IMG/VR virus record: IMGVR_UViG_3300042505_001397
Length of the DNA stretch: 64,000 nt
From: an uncultured virus (IMG/VR IMGVR_UViG_3300042505_001397)
Taxonomy: Duplodnaviria; Heunggongvirae; Uroviricota; Caudoviricetes
Strand: one strand, 5' to 3'
Shown: one piece after another, positions 20,301-29,322 of the stretch
Numbering within the stretch: the first letter of the stretch is position 1
Layout of the letters: the number at the start of each line of letters is the position of its first letter
Made by a program: the position numbers and the translations under genes
The notes under the pieces: generated by a model
Seen by the model: only the letters and a program-made list of their open reading frames with translations
Databases searched by the model: none
Told to the model about the DNA's origin: nothing

Positions 20301-23300
20301 ACAGAAGCCAATATAGTTGCTCCAAGACTACTAATAGATTCGGACAGAATTCCAACAGAAGAAGCTGTATTGTCAGCTGCAGAAGCGATACTAGTGACAC
20401 CTGCAGTCAAGACTGTGAATGCCACAACCTTGTTTTTAAGTAACCCGAATAAAGAAGAGACACCATTTAACATTAGACTAAGCCAGCTTGTCATGAATGT
20501 TTTTAATTTTCCAAACGTGCTTGTTGTAAAATCCACAACAGTGGCACCCAAGCCTGCCGTTTGAAATATTCTTTTAAAACTATCTTTGAACTGATTGAAT
20601 AAATCCAGTATATTTTCAAAACTAGATTTCAAAGTAGTTCCACCTAGATCTGTGTTTATAAAAGTATCCCACACATTTGCCAGATCTTCGCCTAATTTTA
20701 CTTTCTTAAATGCCTTAGCGTTTGATGGATCTTCACCTAAAGGTGTATTTAAGAATGCTTCCGCTAAATTAAATTGCTTACTGGCATATCTTTCTGCATT
20801 TAAGCTGAGATTTTTGAATATTTGTTTAAAATCTTCAAAAACTTTTTCCGTGGCTACACCTAAAGCAGAGCTTGCAATAGTTGTGTTGGCCTTGCTTGTC
20901 ATTCTTTTAAATAACGCTCCAACATCAAAAAAGTTTGCCAAAGCACCTGTTGGGTCTAACTTTTTCAAAAGTTCTAAAAAAGCACCATAAGTATATTTAA
21001 CGATTGTAGTCACAAAACCTAATGTTTCGCCCAGTAACCGGTTACCCCCATCTTTTCCTAAAATTGCGTAACCAAGCAAAGGGACAGCAACTTGCGCTGC
21101 TTCAAAGATATTAATACTGTCTAACATTGCAGAAGCAATAGCAGCAGCACCAGCAGCTGCAAACGTTTTATCTTTGAATATATCTAAAAATTTACCGGAA
21201 AAGCTTGCGACACCAATTGAGCCTAATACTTCTGGAATCAAGCCTAGCGTAGCAGATTTCTTTTTTGTCTTTTCTCTTCCAAATAACAGTTCTTGAATAT
21301 CTTTAAAACCATTTTTTGCAAATACTGCGTAAACAGCGGCAATACCTGCTGCAGCATATAAGAGTCTGTTATGAAATAAGCTGAACATACTAGCTATGTC
21401 ATAAACCCATTTCGTAATGGGATCAAAGGATGTCATAAATGTTTCTACAAAATTCGGTAATTCCGCTATAACAATATCCAAAAGTCTTATAAATCCATTT
21501 GCTGCATTGCTTGCAATCAACCCTGCAACATTTCCCAAACCTTCTGCCAGTATAGGCATGGCTGCTGATAAGGCACCTTGTATTGCAAAATCAAACATTG
21601 ATGCAAAATAACTAAAAGCAGCCAGTTTTAATCGCGGACCTCCTGTCAACAATGCAAAGGCTGCAAGTATAGAAGCGGTTAAATTTGAAGCCAACTTACC
21701 TGCAAAATCTCCAATATTAAAATTTTTCATACCATTTAGTAAAACATCAAATGCTCGTGAAAACTTATTATCGGATTTTAAAATCACGTCTGATAGTTTT
21801 TCAAACTCTCTTTTTACAGACAATGCAAATGCTTTTATCGGAGAAACAGCCTTAAATATATTACTTGTGTACGAGATAACACCGTCAATCATGTCTGGCC
21901 AATAAGAATGACCAACAACCTTGTCGTAAATATCAAAGAAATAGCCTTTTATTTTATTAGAGAATTCTTTTATTTTCGAAATAACCTTCGATAAACTGCT
22001 ATCAAGTGTGCTAAGTATTTTATCGAATAAATTGTCAAATGTACTGCTGAACAAGTTTGTTATTTCAAAAGAAAATCCTTTTATGAATTTCTTAAATGCC
22101 CCAAATACTTGTCCATCTCCTCCTATTGAAAAAATGGAAGAAACATCAACTTTTTCAATATTCTTGATAAGGCTAGAAACACTCGAAAAAATACCTCGCA
22201 AAACCTTAAACAATCTTTGTGCAAGAGTTTTACCAAAGGCTTCATTGAACGTATCTCTTATTGAAAAAATCAAGAGCGCTTTTACGCTCAATAAAAATGT
22301 TTTTATACCAACAAGCAGCGGCACTAAATTAGGGGTGATTATATCTCTAAAAATACGAGATACAATAGAACCAAGCATTTTGAATTGACCCAGCAAGTTA
22401 TCTAAAGAAATATTGTTGAACTTAAGCAAGTATCCATCAGCGAGGCCAATTGTATATAAAATTTCTTGTATTTTGTAACCAATACGAGTTAAGTTTCTGT
22501 ATGCGTTATCAAGCACCACAAATTTATCGTCTAAGCGAAGTTTAGATCTCTCTATGTTCAGTAGCTCTAAATTGTCTATAAAATCTTTTAAACTATCTGA
22601 TCTAAATAGATTGGACCACGCTCTCTCAATACCCTTGTCACCAACTCTAAAAAACGATATATACTCATTTATTGCATCTAGCTTGTTGGTAAAAGGTATT
22701 ATAGTTTTTACCAAAACAGCATCAAATATTGCTTTATATTTTTTCATTGTTAACGAAAAAGAAGACAAAGCAACAAATGCACTAGATGAAACAATAGGTG
22801 CTAATGTGGCAAGGTTGTTGTAAAGGACTTTGAAAAAGCCCGCGACATTATAAAGTAACCTAGGTATTTCTTTTGCAGTTTCTTTTAAGTCTACCTTAAA
22901 TCCAAAGGAAAAATTTGCAGCGTTTTTCAATTTGATAAAAGTTGAAGCTAACTCATACATTGCCAAATTATATTTTATAAAGCCTGTTGTATCCACCAAA
23001 TTTGCTTTTACACTAAATATGGAGGAAAGATCTAAAGATTTCTTTGCTATTTTTTTAGATGCATTTAAAAAACCATCAATACTGTCTAATACATTAGCAG
23101 AACCCTTGTCAACGGTTTTTGCAGCATTTATCAAAAAAGCACCGAGGTCTTTTGTCAAGCTAAAGTTCTGGTCAAAAGATCCTAAAAAATATTCAAAAGC
23201 TTGTTTTAAGGCGGCAGTACCTTGTTGTACTGTTGCTGTTGTTTTTTTAAAATCAGCATCAGTAGAGGCTGCCATGTCCTCAATTGCTTTTATCACAGCA

Positions 23301-24049
23301 GAAGATGTGAGTTTACCTTCCGCACCAAATTGCCGTAGCTGTCCTGTACTCAACTTCATGCTTTTGGCAATGCCTTGTCCCAGATATGGTATTTGCTCTA
23401 GGACTGAGTTCAACTCTTCACCACGAAGAACGCCTGACGACAATGCCTGTCTTAGCTGCATAAGACCTGCAGAAATAGACTCTAAACTACTACCAGATAA
23501 CGACCCTGCTTGTGAGATAGTCTTTGTCAATTTTATTATCTGATCGCCTGCAATGTTCTTATCTTCCAAAGATTTTGCCACATCTGCATAAAGACCGGAC
23601 AATTGCTTGAAAGATCCCCTTGTTTCTGTAGACAATTTGTATAATTTTTGCTCAGTAGCTAAAAGGTCATATTGGCCTTTTGTAACTAATTTTAATTTAT
23701 TTTGCACTAAAGTCAAGTCATCACCAACTCTTGCAAAATAAGAAGCCGTACCAAGCCCTGCAAAAACCGTAACAATTCCAGCTACACTTTTTCCAAGTGT
23801 ACTCATAGATCTATTAGTAGTTACTGCTGAGTTGTTTATTTTATTTAATGCAGCCGAGCCTGTGTTTCCAAGCTTAAAAAGTGCATTAGACGATTTATCA
23901 GCACCTTTTGACATAAGGCTTATATTAGAAAATGCCGATTTAGAAATGCTTGCGCTATTGAAAGATGCAGCTAATGATTTATTCAAATCGCTTAAATTCT
24001 TTTTGGCTGATTTTGTATTCAAATCTACGTCAATTAAAACGCCAGACAT
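14306..24049 (-). CDS. tape measure protein (~3247 aa)
   Basis: tape-measure domain QLRQALSSGVLRGEELNSVLEQ; long helical Ala/Leu-rich body; C-terminal FASGG..GPGTGTSDSI.AMVSNGEFVVNA. Confidence 0.92.
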   Translation of the reverse strand: MSGVLIDVDLNTKSAKKNLSDLNKSLAASFNSASISKSAFSNISLMSKGADKSSNALFKLGNTGSAALNKINNSAVTTNRSMSTLGKSVAGIVTVFAGLGTASYFARVGDDLTLVQNKLKLVTKGQYDLLATEQKLYKLSTETRGSFKQLSGLYADVAKSLEDKNIAGDQIIKLTKTISQAGSLSGSSLESISAGLMQLRQALSSGVLRGEELNSVLEQIPYLGQGIAKSMKLSTGQLRQFGAEGKLTSSAVIKAIEDMAASTDADFKKTTATVQQGTAALKQAFEYFLGSFDQNFSLTKDLGAFLINAAKTVDKGSANVLDSIDGFLNASKKIAKKSLDLSSIFSVKANLVDTTGFIKYNLAMYELASTFIKLKNAANFSFGFKVDLKETAKEIPRLLYNVAGFFKVLYNNLATLAPIVSSSAFVALSSFSLTMKKYKAIFDAVLVKTIIPFTNKLDAINEYISFFRVGDKGIERAWSNLFRSDSLKDFIDNLELLNIERSKLRLDDKFVVLDNAYRNLTRIGYKIQEILYTIGLADGYLLKFNNISLDNLLGQFKMLGSIVSRIFRDIITPNLVPLLVGIKTFLLSVKALLIFSIRDTFNEAFGKTLAQRLFKVLRGIFSSVSSLIKNIEKVDVSSIFSIGGDGQVFGAFKKFIKGFSFEITNLFSSTFDNLFDKILSTLDSSLSKVISKIKEFSNKIKGYFFDIYDKVVGHSYWPDMIDGVISYTSNIFKAVSPIKAFALSVKREFEKLSDVILKSDNKFSRAFDVLLNGMKNFNIGDFAGKLASNLTASILAAFALLTGGPRLKLAAFSYFASMFDFAIQGALSAAMPILAEGLGNVAGLIASNAANGFIRLLDIVIAELPNFVETFMTSFDPITKWVYDIASMFSLFHNRLLYAAAGIAAVYAVFAKNGFKDIQELLFGREKTKKKSATLGLIPEVLGSIGVASFSGKFLDIFKDKTFAAAGAAAIASAMLDSINIFEAAQVAVPLLGYAILGKDGGNRLLGETLGFVTTIVKYTYGAFLELLKKLDPTGALANFFDVGALFKRMTSKANTTIASSALGVATEKVFEDFKQIFKNLSLNAERYASKQFNLAEAFLNTPLGEDPSNAKAFKKVKLGEDLANVWDTFINTDLGGTTLKSSFENILDLFNQFKDSFKRIFQTAGLGATVVDFTTSTFGKLKTFMTSWLSLMLNGVSSLFGLLKNKVVAFTVLTAGVTSIASAADNTASSVGILSESISSLGATILASVAISTVIGSLGKLNDAYRRGRDTFVKNAQEGLIAAKTAEIQQEKEAILKAFDLETPSKRKTKGMSKEEIQSLNAYNADILSKRRAIEGSFSLRQEAEISAIKSTAVAGDVTAGWKEVTKTIRESAGQVREFGSELFTYFRKSAAIEAVKNQLVGIKKQVSDILSLKGGTREQKRAVIAMRRSINALKEASTFSESFSAARVAFKESLDVGQIIIDSVNKGESSLVSEMQRLSSIVREKGLKNVFKDLTSPFRAISLLTKPLREAFSSVASAAFGIVAPILKLGLLGGGAGLLAVSLFGPGRTFADNLQWAYDTVREMFGLKPTTNFGKLSELKSILEALPSELKFDDILFKIDFSKIDDIQQKALKSALTDLASQYDSLRAEVAMQAAGATAAQERSRLSIERKIDSLLSRYDTKPDQTSAEISESTKKLLTKPEESISAYLVEKAVKFQKLREAGAYTSETGQGFRFSSESIQAALAEPLGAITSSIRSFVDNIKTVFSFLVTVVKYVTIAIVSLAAAFAAIVLFIPALTTSIAGFLAVAAGIGTALLNLDTIYSFFVDVFDSLKTFFVDFYSLVEQGALARLRKLRAEEKQSEDILSLARKINVELQKNFDKLPDTFKIKVASIKPEVTESLQKSLSASDISRYSQTGTTKSKRPGGLFSQNIITDLNAAPEYMLRAWEKVRDVIAEPVLTENSIALREGESAMDAMARTYQESLAAALEDPLKITEVETKVSIRDQAKLIQEDLNNAANGYTDAIDNFNKNMSEGNREALEASKEILRGAIAVGVEFDKKYGKEAFDYAAILDTKFALEDVRNAYQSIAGIKIDEKMLDLPVDASDISLIDSIRRQYEKALEKEPKSIEEANKQILKQIKYTKQLNAVKENALAKASYSTNLERESLLSGQPVSRIESFKTSVYSTKDFGKLSQFDAILKKIEQVKMEMDTLDPLNPASARTKASKEKVIKGQQALLDQMLPNKNTLDTLNSGLKSINVPEIDFEKYLKIPQAVSDKFIADIEKVKNAKDLFDKSVRDTKAPEIQAEALQKWRDELKGLTTDLENVYKVQVANYKAAPGENAATTARNIEKLIGEAPEPAIAGNKGKLAKFNELVQQRTKAELDLQAEKEKPIVDQARYGMLQSNLEGITKSLEKLKDTSVTTFDAIIGKFDELGFAVDKQMFASFSAKDQKRLKDMGQELVDIETKLNETSGKGLGKDTIKAIADRQENIMETARDIFVKYSAKSGKMMNAALGRLGLGEDAMVATFSKDTMMRLLDVDIFIENMKRALLKTKDISTYIINSQMISEKLKEVSKLKEFFDLRSSFEKSTEEGLLGGAKVAFDKIKSMSGLSNMSFKAFLNIPEESRKKTLEQSSSGEFLSKLNLASLTDDQKAIFNKLAAGADPVQIAKELANVRSPELEVLEDIRTATQKTANITPAESTSNTKDVPVLGTVKTEGSIGSKFIDPMAELKLDEYLKSIPEKAFNDLQKSTISNLGKMRNAFEHYNVSFTDEWLKASDLQAIQATELVTKIGEINKQLTEDVLPDDKIRELKKSVDDYRDQLDKIKEKIDELDMKKAAEDAGKAFSSDVSSGFKEGIKDLVKGKSTFKEFTAGMLDKVTGSITDTFIEGLTKPLTEKAGGMISDLGKGVFSVGSATFSSLFGDKSFLDSFNSTFGQSTDQGVSKNTAKTVTVLERIETLMKTMITGSQLESAGSALSKIPSLFAAASPLAGKLSSFTSDSAKYFTQSGGWDPVSMTNTGTTVGEGMMKMSKADMFSSLSDKSGMPTAVGDSAAKMEAAFTPKFESMANTMETSMSGALSSDSSIFSTLKTSFSEAFTGIGKLFTEGFGSIGNLFSSGGALSGIGNLFKSGGMFSFLGGFASGGAIRGPGTGTSDSIVAMVSNGEFVVNAAATKEHLGLLQALNSGKTPKFATGGLIGDTSAPVMLQPNMVDIKPVTSANAGSQQMINLTITGDISRQTKAEIYRMLPNIAEGVNNHNKERGYRR

Positions 24050-24060
24050 TAAAACCTCCA

Positions 24061-24088
24061 AAATAAAACCCCACGTTAAATGTGGGGT
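24061..24088 (-). terminator. intrinsic terminator upstream of the tape measure gene
   Basis: ACCCCAC/GTGGGGT stem followed by TTTATTTT. Confidence 0.65.
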
Positions 24089-24097
24089 AAGTTGTGA

Positions 24098-24394
24098 TCA
24101 ATTAGATTGCACTATTGTCCCATTTGGTATTACACCTGGCTGTGACAATAATGTCTTTTCTATAAAGTACGCAGGGGCTTGAGTTGAAGAACCTTCATTA
24201 AGACTCTTTATATAGCTAACTGGATTTATTAATTTACCATTTAGATATTCCCAGTGATCCCTTGCGTTACCTGTATCAACAGGTGTAGCTTCTTTAAGCT
24301 TTTTCAGTAAGCTTTCAGTTTTTTCTTTTTTCTTTTTTTCAAGTTCTTTGTTTACAAGACTATCGATGTTACTTTTAATTTTTACGCTGACCAT
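24098..24394 (-). CDS. HK97 gp10-like tail completion/neck protein
   Basis: TPVDTGNARDHW and YIKSLNEGSS.QAP motifs. Confidence 0.75.
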   Translation of the reverse strand: MVSVKIKSNIDSLVNKELEKKKKEKTESLLKKLKEATPVDTGNARDHWEYLNGKLINPVSYIKSLNEGSSTQAPAYFIEKTLLSQPGVIPNGTIVQSN

Positions 24395-24744
24395 ACATCT
24401 AGGGTGTCCCCTCCTTTAGCAGAAAGCATTTTTGAGAATAGAGAAGAACCTTTCAATTCTGACATTGAAAACTTTCCATCCTCTTGTTTTTGCTTTTGTC
24501 TTTGGTTATAAATAGGATCAAGGGAATTAAAGTATTTCCAAGGCTTTTCTTTAGCGCCTTGCGTTTGTAAAACTTTGTATATACGATCATCTTCTCTCCA
24601 ACCTACGGGTCTTCTTTCAAAGTAGTTATACCATCCTAGAAGCTCTTCGTAAGTCATCTCTTCGTATATTTTATGTACAGGCATTTTTAAATGAAAAGCT
24701 ATCTCATAAATGGATAGCTCCTCATCAGTCAGTATTACTTTCCC
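24382..24744 (-). CDS. C-terminal (gpT-like) part of the frameshifted tail assembly chaperone
   Basis: the -1 frame is open from the GGGAAAG site into MPVHKIYEEMTYEELLGWYNYF. Confidence 0.7.
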   Translation of the reverse strand, partial: GKVILTDEELSIYEIAFHLKMPVHKIYEEMTYEELLGWYNYFERRPVGWREDDRIYKVLQTQGAKEKPWKYFNSLDPIYNQRQKQKQEDGKFSMSELKGSSLFSKMLSAKGGDTLDVWSA

Positions 24745-25037
24745 GCGTCTTGGCCAATGCCAGAGAATTTCATAACTTCAGTAGAGAGTTTTGACAACTC
24801 ATCCATCGGGAAGGTTTCAAAATCTTCGTCAGTTAAATCTTCACCGCCTTCCACGGCAGAACGAATTACTGTGCGTAATACACCAAGACCAGCTGCGTCA
24901 TCATCTTGTAATTCTTTCGCCTTGGCTTGGATGTCCATGACCTCTGCAACACTGAGTTTAGAAATCTTGACTTCTTCACCCATGAATTTAACAACTTTTT
25001 GTACGCGTTTACCTACTAAACCTTTAATACCTGACAT
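24735..25037 (-). CDS. tail assembly chaperone (gpG-like)
   Basis: between tail tube and tape measure genes; ends at the slippery site; start reassigned to MSGIKG. Confidence 0.8.
   Translation of the reverse strand: MSGIKGLVGKRVQKVVKFMGEEVKISKLSVAEVMDIQAKAKELQDDDAAGLGVLRTVIRSAVEGGEDLTDEDFETFPMDELSKLSTEVMKFSGIGQDAGK
24738..24744 (-). other. programmed -1 ribosomal frameshift site GGGAAAG
   Basis: GCG GGA AAG TAA at the end of the chaperone gene; same heptamer as lambda G/T. Confidence 0.8.
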
Positions 25038-25038
25038 T

Positions 25039-25275
25039 TTAATTTCCTTTGAATTCTTCACTGTGGGCGGCCTGATAGTCATCTAGCTGCTTCCTCATTG
25101 TATGTAAAATAGAAAGTGTTTTAAACACTTCTGTTGATTTTTCTTGATTGCCATCAAATTCAGCCACTCTCGCAAATGTTTTACGAATGCTGATATCGAT
25201 GGATTTTCTCATATGTTTGGCTGTGACTCTTAGTACATAACCAGCGTCAAACGGTTTTTGTTTATCTTCTTCCAT
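25039..25275 (-). CDS. hypothetical protein in tail operon
   Basis: 78-aa ORF, tight packing. Confidence 0.65.
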   Translation of the reverse strand: MEEDKQKPFDAGYVLRVTAKHMRKSIDISIRKTFARVAEFDGNQEKSTEVFKTLSILHTMRKQLDDYQAAHSEEFKGN

Positions 25276-25286
25276 ATATTTTCCAT

Positions 25287-25433
25287 TTAGGAAACCTTAT
25301 GAATTGTGCCACACACAGTGCACTTAGCACCTTTCTTTTGGTTGTGATTACACACTCTCATACCTTTTCCGTATTTAGTGTCTTGATATTTTGCAGCTGG
25401 AGTATCACTGCAATTACATTTTAAAATTGACAT
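25287..25433 (-). CDS. small Zn-ribbon-like protein
   Basis: CNC...YQD.KYGKGMRVCN...CTVCG. Confidence 0.55.
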   Translation of the reverse strand: MSILKCNCSDTPAAKYQDTKYGKGMRVCNHNQKKGAKCTVCGTIHKVS

Positions 25434-25464
25434 AGACACAATAAGCCTCATTTTTAAGAATTGA

Positions 25465-25486
25465 AAGTGCCCTCGAAAGGGCACTT
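25465..25486 (-). terminator. hairpin after the major tail gene
   Basis: AAGTGCCC-TTTCGA-GGGCACTT 8-bp stem; weak T-tract. Confidence 0.5.
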
Positions 25487-25498
25487 AAGAGTACACAA

Positions 25499-26119
25499 TT
25501 AGATTGTGTAAGCACCATAGAAGTCAGATTGAACTGAAATAGCAATGGTTGCAGTTGTCGCATCAGTCAAGTTAGGGGTTACCAGTAATGATTCCAATTT
25601 ACCTCTGAAGAAGAATTGAGAATTTTGAACTGTACCTAAGCCGCCTATGTTTGAGTCGTACTTGCTTTGAGTTGCAGTCGGAGTGATAGAACCTGTTGGA
25701 TCAGAGGCCAACAATGTAAACCTCCAAACGCGCGATACACCGTCGCCAACCATGTTACCCAAAGTGTCGGCTGGACTTGTACCTGTGGTATTTCTAGCCC
25801 ACTCAGATGGCAAATAGTTGACTGTAATTTCCAAAGATGGCGCATCAGATTGACCACCGATAGACTGTGACTGCTTTTGACCATAAACAGGTACGTTTAC
25901 AATATTTGGTTGAGCACCAATAGCTGGAAATTCACGTACGTTAGGGATTCTAGCGTATTTTGGAATGCTTGTCACAGTTGTGAACATTCCTTGGAAACCA
26001 GCTGAATCATAAGTTGCTGGAACTGAACCAGATGTTTCTGCTTTACCAGCGGTTACGGTACCTACATAAACAGAAAGATCTGTATAGATAGCTGCACCGA
26101 TTGAGTTAATATGTGCCAT
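25499..26119 (-). CDS. major tail tube protein
   Basis: NVREFPAIG..PNIVNVPVYGQ..SQ.I.GQSDAP.LEITVNY; position in operon. Confidence 0.8.
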   Translation of the reverse strand: MAHINSIGAAIYTDLSVYVGTVTAGKAETSGSVPATYDSAGFQGMFTTVTSIPKYARIPNVREFPAIGAQPNIVNVPVYGQKQSQSIGGQSDAPSLEITVNYLPSEWARNTTGTSPADTLGNMVGDGVSRVWRFTLLASDPTGSITPTATQSKYDSNIGGLGTVQNSQFFFRGKLESLLVTPNLTDATTATIAISVQSDFYGAYTI

Positions 26120-26527
26120 TTATTCGACTCCGAAAAAATTAAAAGGTATTGTATATTTTGCTCTAAAAAGAGTTGTGTTGCTGGAATCATTTCCAGCAAA
26201 GTCCAAACTGCTTTTTTGTAATTGTAAAGAAACGCCTTCTCTTAAGAGAAAATTTTTACAAGACAGAAAAGAGTCTAATGTGTCTGCAATAAAGCTGGTC
26301 CGGTTTGGCCCTGTGCCTGCAGCTGTAAATATATCTATTATTAGTATTCCAGATACGGATTTCGTATTTATACTTGGACCGCTTGGGATAATGTTCACTC
26401 TGATGTATTCATTTTCCAAATCTTTTGGTACAAAATTAGAGGGCACTGTTTTGATATTGAGGATGCTCCAGGCTTGCGCACCAAAAACAGAAAAAATAGC
26501 GTCTTGTAAATCCGTAAACTTACCCAT
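26120..26527 (-). CDS. tail terminator-like protein
   Basis: SGILIIDIFT..G.G...IAD motif; precedes the tail tube gene. Confidence 0.65.
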   Translation of the reverse strand: MGKFTDLQDAIFSVFGAQAWSILNIKTVPSNFVPKDLENEYIRVNIIPSGPSINTKSVSGILIIDIFTAAGTGPNRTSFIADTLDSFLSCKNFLLREGVSLQLQKSSLDFAGNDSSNTTLFRAKYTIPFNFFGVE

Positions 26528-26879
26528 TACTACTCTCCCTGATTACGCTGAAAAGTGATATAAAACCATTATCTTTTATATTATCGCTTATTGTCCAAGT
26601 TTCATTGTTATAGATGACAGAGTCAAAATTAGAAATATTACCTATTTCTTTTGTCTTTGCAAGCAATTGCATTGAAACAACGCCAAAGTCTTTTCGACTT
26701 TTTTCTTTGCCAACAATCACTGTTTTAGCAGAATATGTTACACTGGTATCAGTCACAAGACTTGTATTAAAATCAAAAGTACTTGATGTCTTTTTTATAT
26801 ATATAAAATCTTCAGCAAGATCTTTCAGCTGATTAAAAGCTAAATTTAAACTACTATCAATAAGATTTTTATAGCTCAT
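26520..26879 (-). CDS. head closure / head-tail joining protein
   Basis: size and position between adaptor and tail terminator. Confidence 0.55.
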   Translation of the reverse strand: MSYKNLIDSSLNLAFNQLKDLAEDFIYIKKTSSTFDFNTSLVTDTSVTYSAKTVIVGKEKSRKDFGVVSMQLLAKTKEIGNISNFDSVIYNNETWTISDNIKDNGFISLFSVIRESSNG

Positions 26880-27352
26880 TAGTTAGCTCTCCACCACGAG
26901 TTTGAACCTGAATTTATCAACAGCGGAGATATAATAGTCTTGACCGCTGCTGGTATTAAATTTGGTTTTTGTATTTTTGAAAGAGATATAGTACCAATAT
27001 TTAAATTTAAAACGCGGCCTGTGTCATCTAGCAGATTTTCATTGTTCAATAAATGATTTGCAAGCTCAAATGTTGCTTGTTCAATTCTCTTAGGTACGCC
27101 TGAAAGAGTGACATTTGTGCCAATCCTCGGGTCAAAATAAGAACCAACCCTTGGAAAAGCCAAGGGTTGATTGGAATCTATGGCAACACCTGTCCAGCGT
27201 AAATTATCCAGAATACTTGTTGCAGTCACCAATGAACTCGCTTTTAATGCAATATCTACAGAAGACCATCCAGTAGAGTCAAGACGGTTCTCAAAATAAG
27301 CATCACTTTCGGCAACTGTAACATAGGAATTTATACCTTTATTTAGTGCCAT
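26879..27352 (-). CDS. head-tail adaptor protein
   Basis: NSYVTVAE.DAYF..R, QPLAFPR, VP..I.QATFELA; directly after the capsid gene. Confidence 0.75.
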   Translation of the reverse strand: MALNKGINSYVTVAESDAYFENRLDSTGWSSVDIALKASSLVTATSILDNLRWTGVAIDSNQPLAFPRVGSYFDPRIGTNVTLSGVPKRIEQATFELANHLLNNENLLDDTGRVLNLNIGTISLSKIQKPNLIPAAVKTIISPLLINSGSNSWWRAN

Positions 27353-27364
27353 AAAATATCTCCA

Positions 27365-28546
27365 TTAAGAATGGAAGATTGGCAAGATACCTAAAGATAA
27401 TGCTGAATCAGTTTTACGTTCCCATGTGCCTTTAGCATTTGAGATTGTGTTTACAGATGTTAACAAAGTAGGGGTGCTGACTTCGATTGCATATGCATAC
27501 TCTGCATCACTAGGGAATTTATCTTGTGCGCCAGCCCAGTTATAACCGGCAGGAGCCAATACATAGCCCCAACGATACCAAATTTCAGTAGAACCGCCAC
27601 CATTGTAAGAGCCTGCTGTACGTTGAATTTCAACGCCATCAGGAACAGCCAAAGGTTGCATTGCAATAGCACCTGGCAATACGATATAGCTGGTTTTTGT
27701 ACCAACGATATCTACGCCTGCGCCTGAATTGATTTTTGCCAATTCATTTGCACTTAAGCTTTGGTTAGCACGAGTTTGAATCAATCTGAATTTACCATTG
27801 AAAATGGTTTCAAACTGAACATTACCTTCAGTGACAACAATGCTGTTCACTAAGTTAGCTGCGCGTAAAGAAGCCAAAGTTTCTGGAGAGCAAACTAGAT
27901 AAGCCCACTCTGGTTCGTAGTCTTTGAAAGCCATGCCAAAAGCGCTTAAGAACGCTGTTGCACGAGCCGAGCCTTGTTCTGCAGCAGAAGCAGGAATGAC
28001 AGGTTTGCCTGCGCCTAAATCGACATAAAAACCATAGCGTTTGTCTTTAACATCATTTTCAAAGGTTTGACCACCCAAGCCTGGTTGACCTGAACCTGCT
28101 GCCGCACCGTTCAATGCTTCAGAAATTGCAACACCTTTCAAGATAGAAAGAATTGCATTATGCTCGTCTTGTGCTTGAGTTTCACCGAAATCACGACCGA
28201 TTTTTGCTAAACCGTCTTGTTGAGTGACAACTTGTTGCAAGTTAACTTTTTCTGCACCATGTGTACGAACTGTTTTTACATAGTTCAAGAAATCAGAAGC
28301 ATAGTTAGTTTTTGAACCAACAGCTGCAGAAGTCAAAGATGCAACATTGATTACAGGGTTTAATGGTTTAAACCAACGAACTTGGCCGATGAAGGTTTCA
28401 GTTGATGTATCAATGTTTGGGTTTGAGCCGACAATACCTGTACCCGACAATTTACGAGCGTTGGTATAGGCTTCATCAGAATAAGCACCGATAGTGCTTT
28501 GTAAAACAAAAGTTGTAGCGCCAGCTAAGTCTGTTTTTGCTGTCAT
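27365..28546 (-). CDS. major capsid protein
   Basis: 393 aa after the scaffold gene; GGGSTEIWYRWGYV..P.GY.W and C-terminal LGILPIFH. Confidence 0.8.
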   Translation of the reverse strand: MTAKTDLAGATTFVLQSTIGAYSDEAYTNARKLSGTGIVGSNPNIDTSTETFIGQVRWFKPLNPVINVASLTSAAVGSKTNYASDFLNYVKTVRTHGAEKVNLQQVVTQQDGLAKIGRDFGETQAQDEHNAILSILKGVAISEALNGAAAGSGQPGLGGQTFENDVKDKRYGFYVDLGAGKPVIPASAAEQGSARATAFLSAFGMAFKDYEPEWAYLVCSPETLASLRAANLVNSIVVTEGNVQFETIFNGKFRLIQTRANQSLSANELAKINSGAGVDIVGTKTSYIVLPGAIAMQPLAVPDGVEIQRTAGSYNGGGSTEIWYRWGYVLAPAGYNWAGAQDKFPSDAEYAYAIEVSTPTLLTSVNTISNAKGTWERKTDSALSLGILPIFHS

Positions 28547-28561
28547 TTAAAAATCCTTAAA

Positions 28562-29224
28562 TTATCTCCGAGGGAGTTTACCCTCAGTAGCGAGTTTTAG
28601 TACTTCCTCTTGGCTCATTTCAAACAGAGATTTGCCTGAAGAAGAATTTGTGTTTGTAGAGCTACTGTTTGAACTTCCAGTCCCATTTGATACTTTTGCT
28701 TTAAACAAGAAAGAATTATCTTCGGCTTCAGAAAAGACTTTTACAAAATCTTTGATTGAAATACCTGATTTGTGAACCCATGAGCCACTTTCGTTTTGGA
28801 TAAGTTGTCCCACAATTTCCTTACGAGCCATTTCTACAGCTTTTTCATTTCTGAATTGATAGCTTGATAAAGCCGACTGAACATCTCGATCACGAGTAAG
28901 CTCTACATTCCGTCTTTCCAACGCTTCTTTTTCAGCTTTGATTTCAGCCAATTGTAACTCATAAGCTTCTTTGTGTTTACCTTCATCTTGTAAACGCTGT
29001 AATTCTGCTTCTTTTTCTTTTTGTTTATAAGTGGCAAGCTCTTTCAGCACATCGTCTCTTGCACCGTATGCTTTATCTAACTTACCTTTAATGTCTTTGA
29101 GGCTTTCCTCTAACCGTTCTTGTACAAGTTTTTCCACTAAATCTTTTTCAGAATCAGTGTTGCTAGTGGTTCTGTCATCAACATTTGTATTTTCTGGATC
29201 TGTGTTTTCAGTATTTGTAGTCAT
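28562..29224 (-). CDS. capsid scaffolding protein
   Basis: acidic N-terminus, coiled coil, FLFK...G.G linker, short C-terminal helix; start reassigned to MTTNTEN. Confidence 0.75.
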   Translation of the reverse strand: MTTNTENTDPENTNVDDRTTSNTDSEKDLVEKLVQERLEESLKDIKGKLDKAYGARDDVLKELATYKQKEKEAELQRLQDEGKHKEAYELQLAEIKAEKEALERRNVELTRDRDVQSALSSYQFRNEKAVEMARKEIVGQLIQNESGSWVHKSGISIKDFVKVFSEAEDNSFLFKAKVSNGTGSSNSSSTNTNSSSGKSLFEMSQEEVLKLATEGKLPRR

Positions 29225-29322
29225 TGTTTTACCTTGAGTACGACTCGTTATGAGAAAAATACAATTTTTCTCTTGGAATTCATTTAGTATAATTTTGTAT
29301 TTAATTACAACTTCTATTATAC

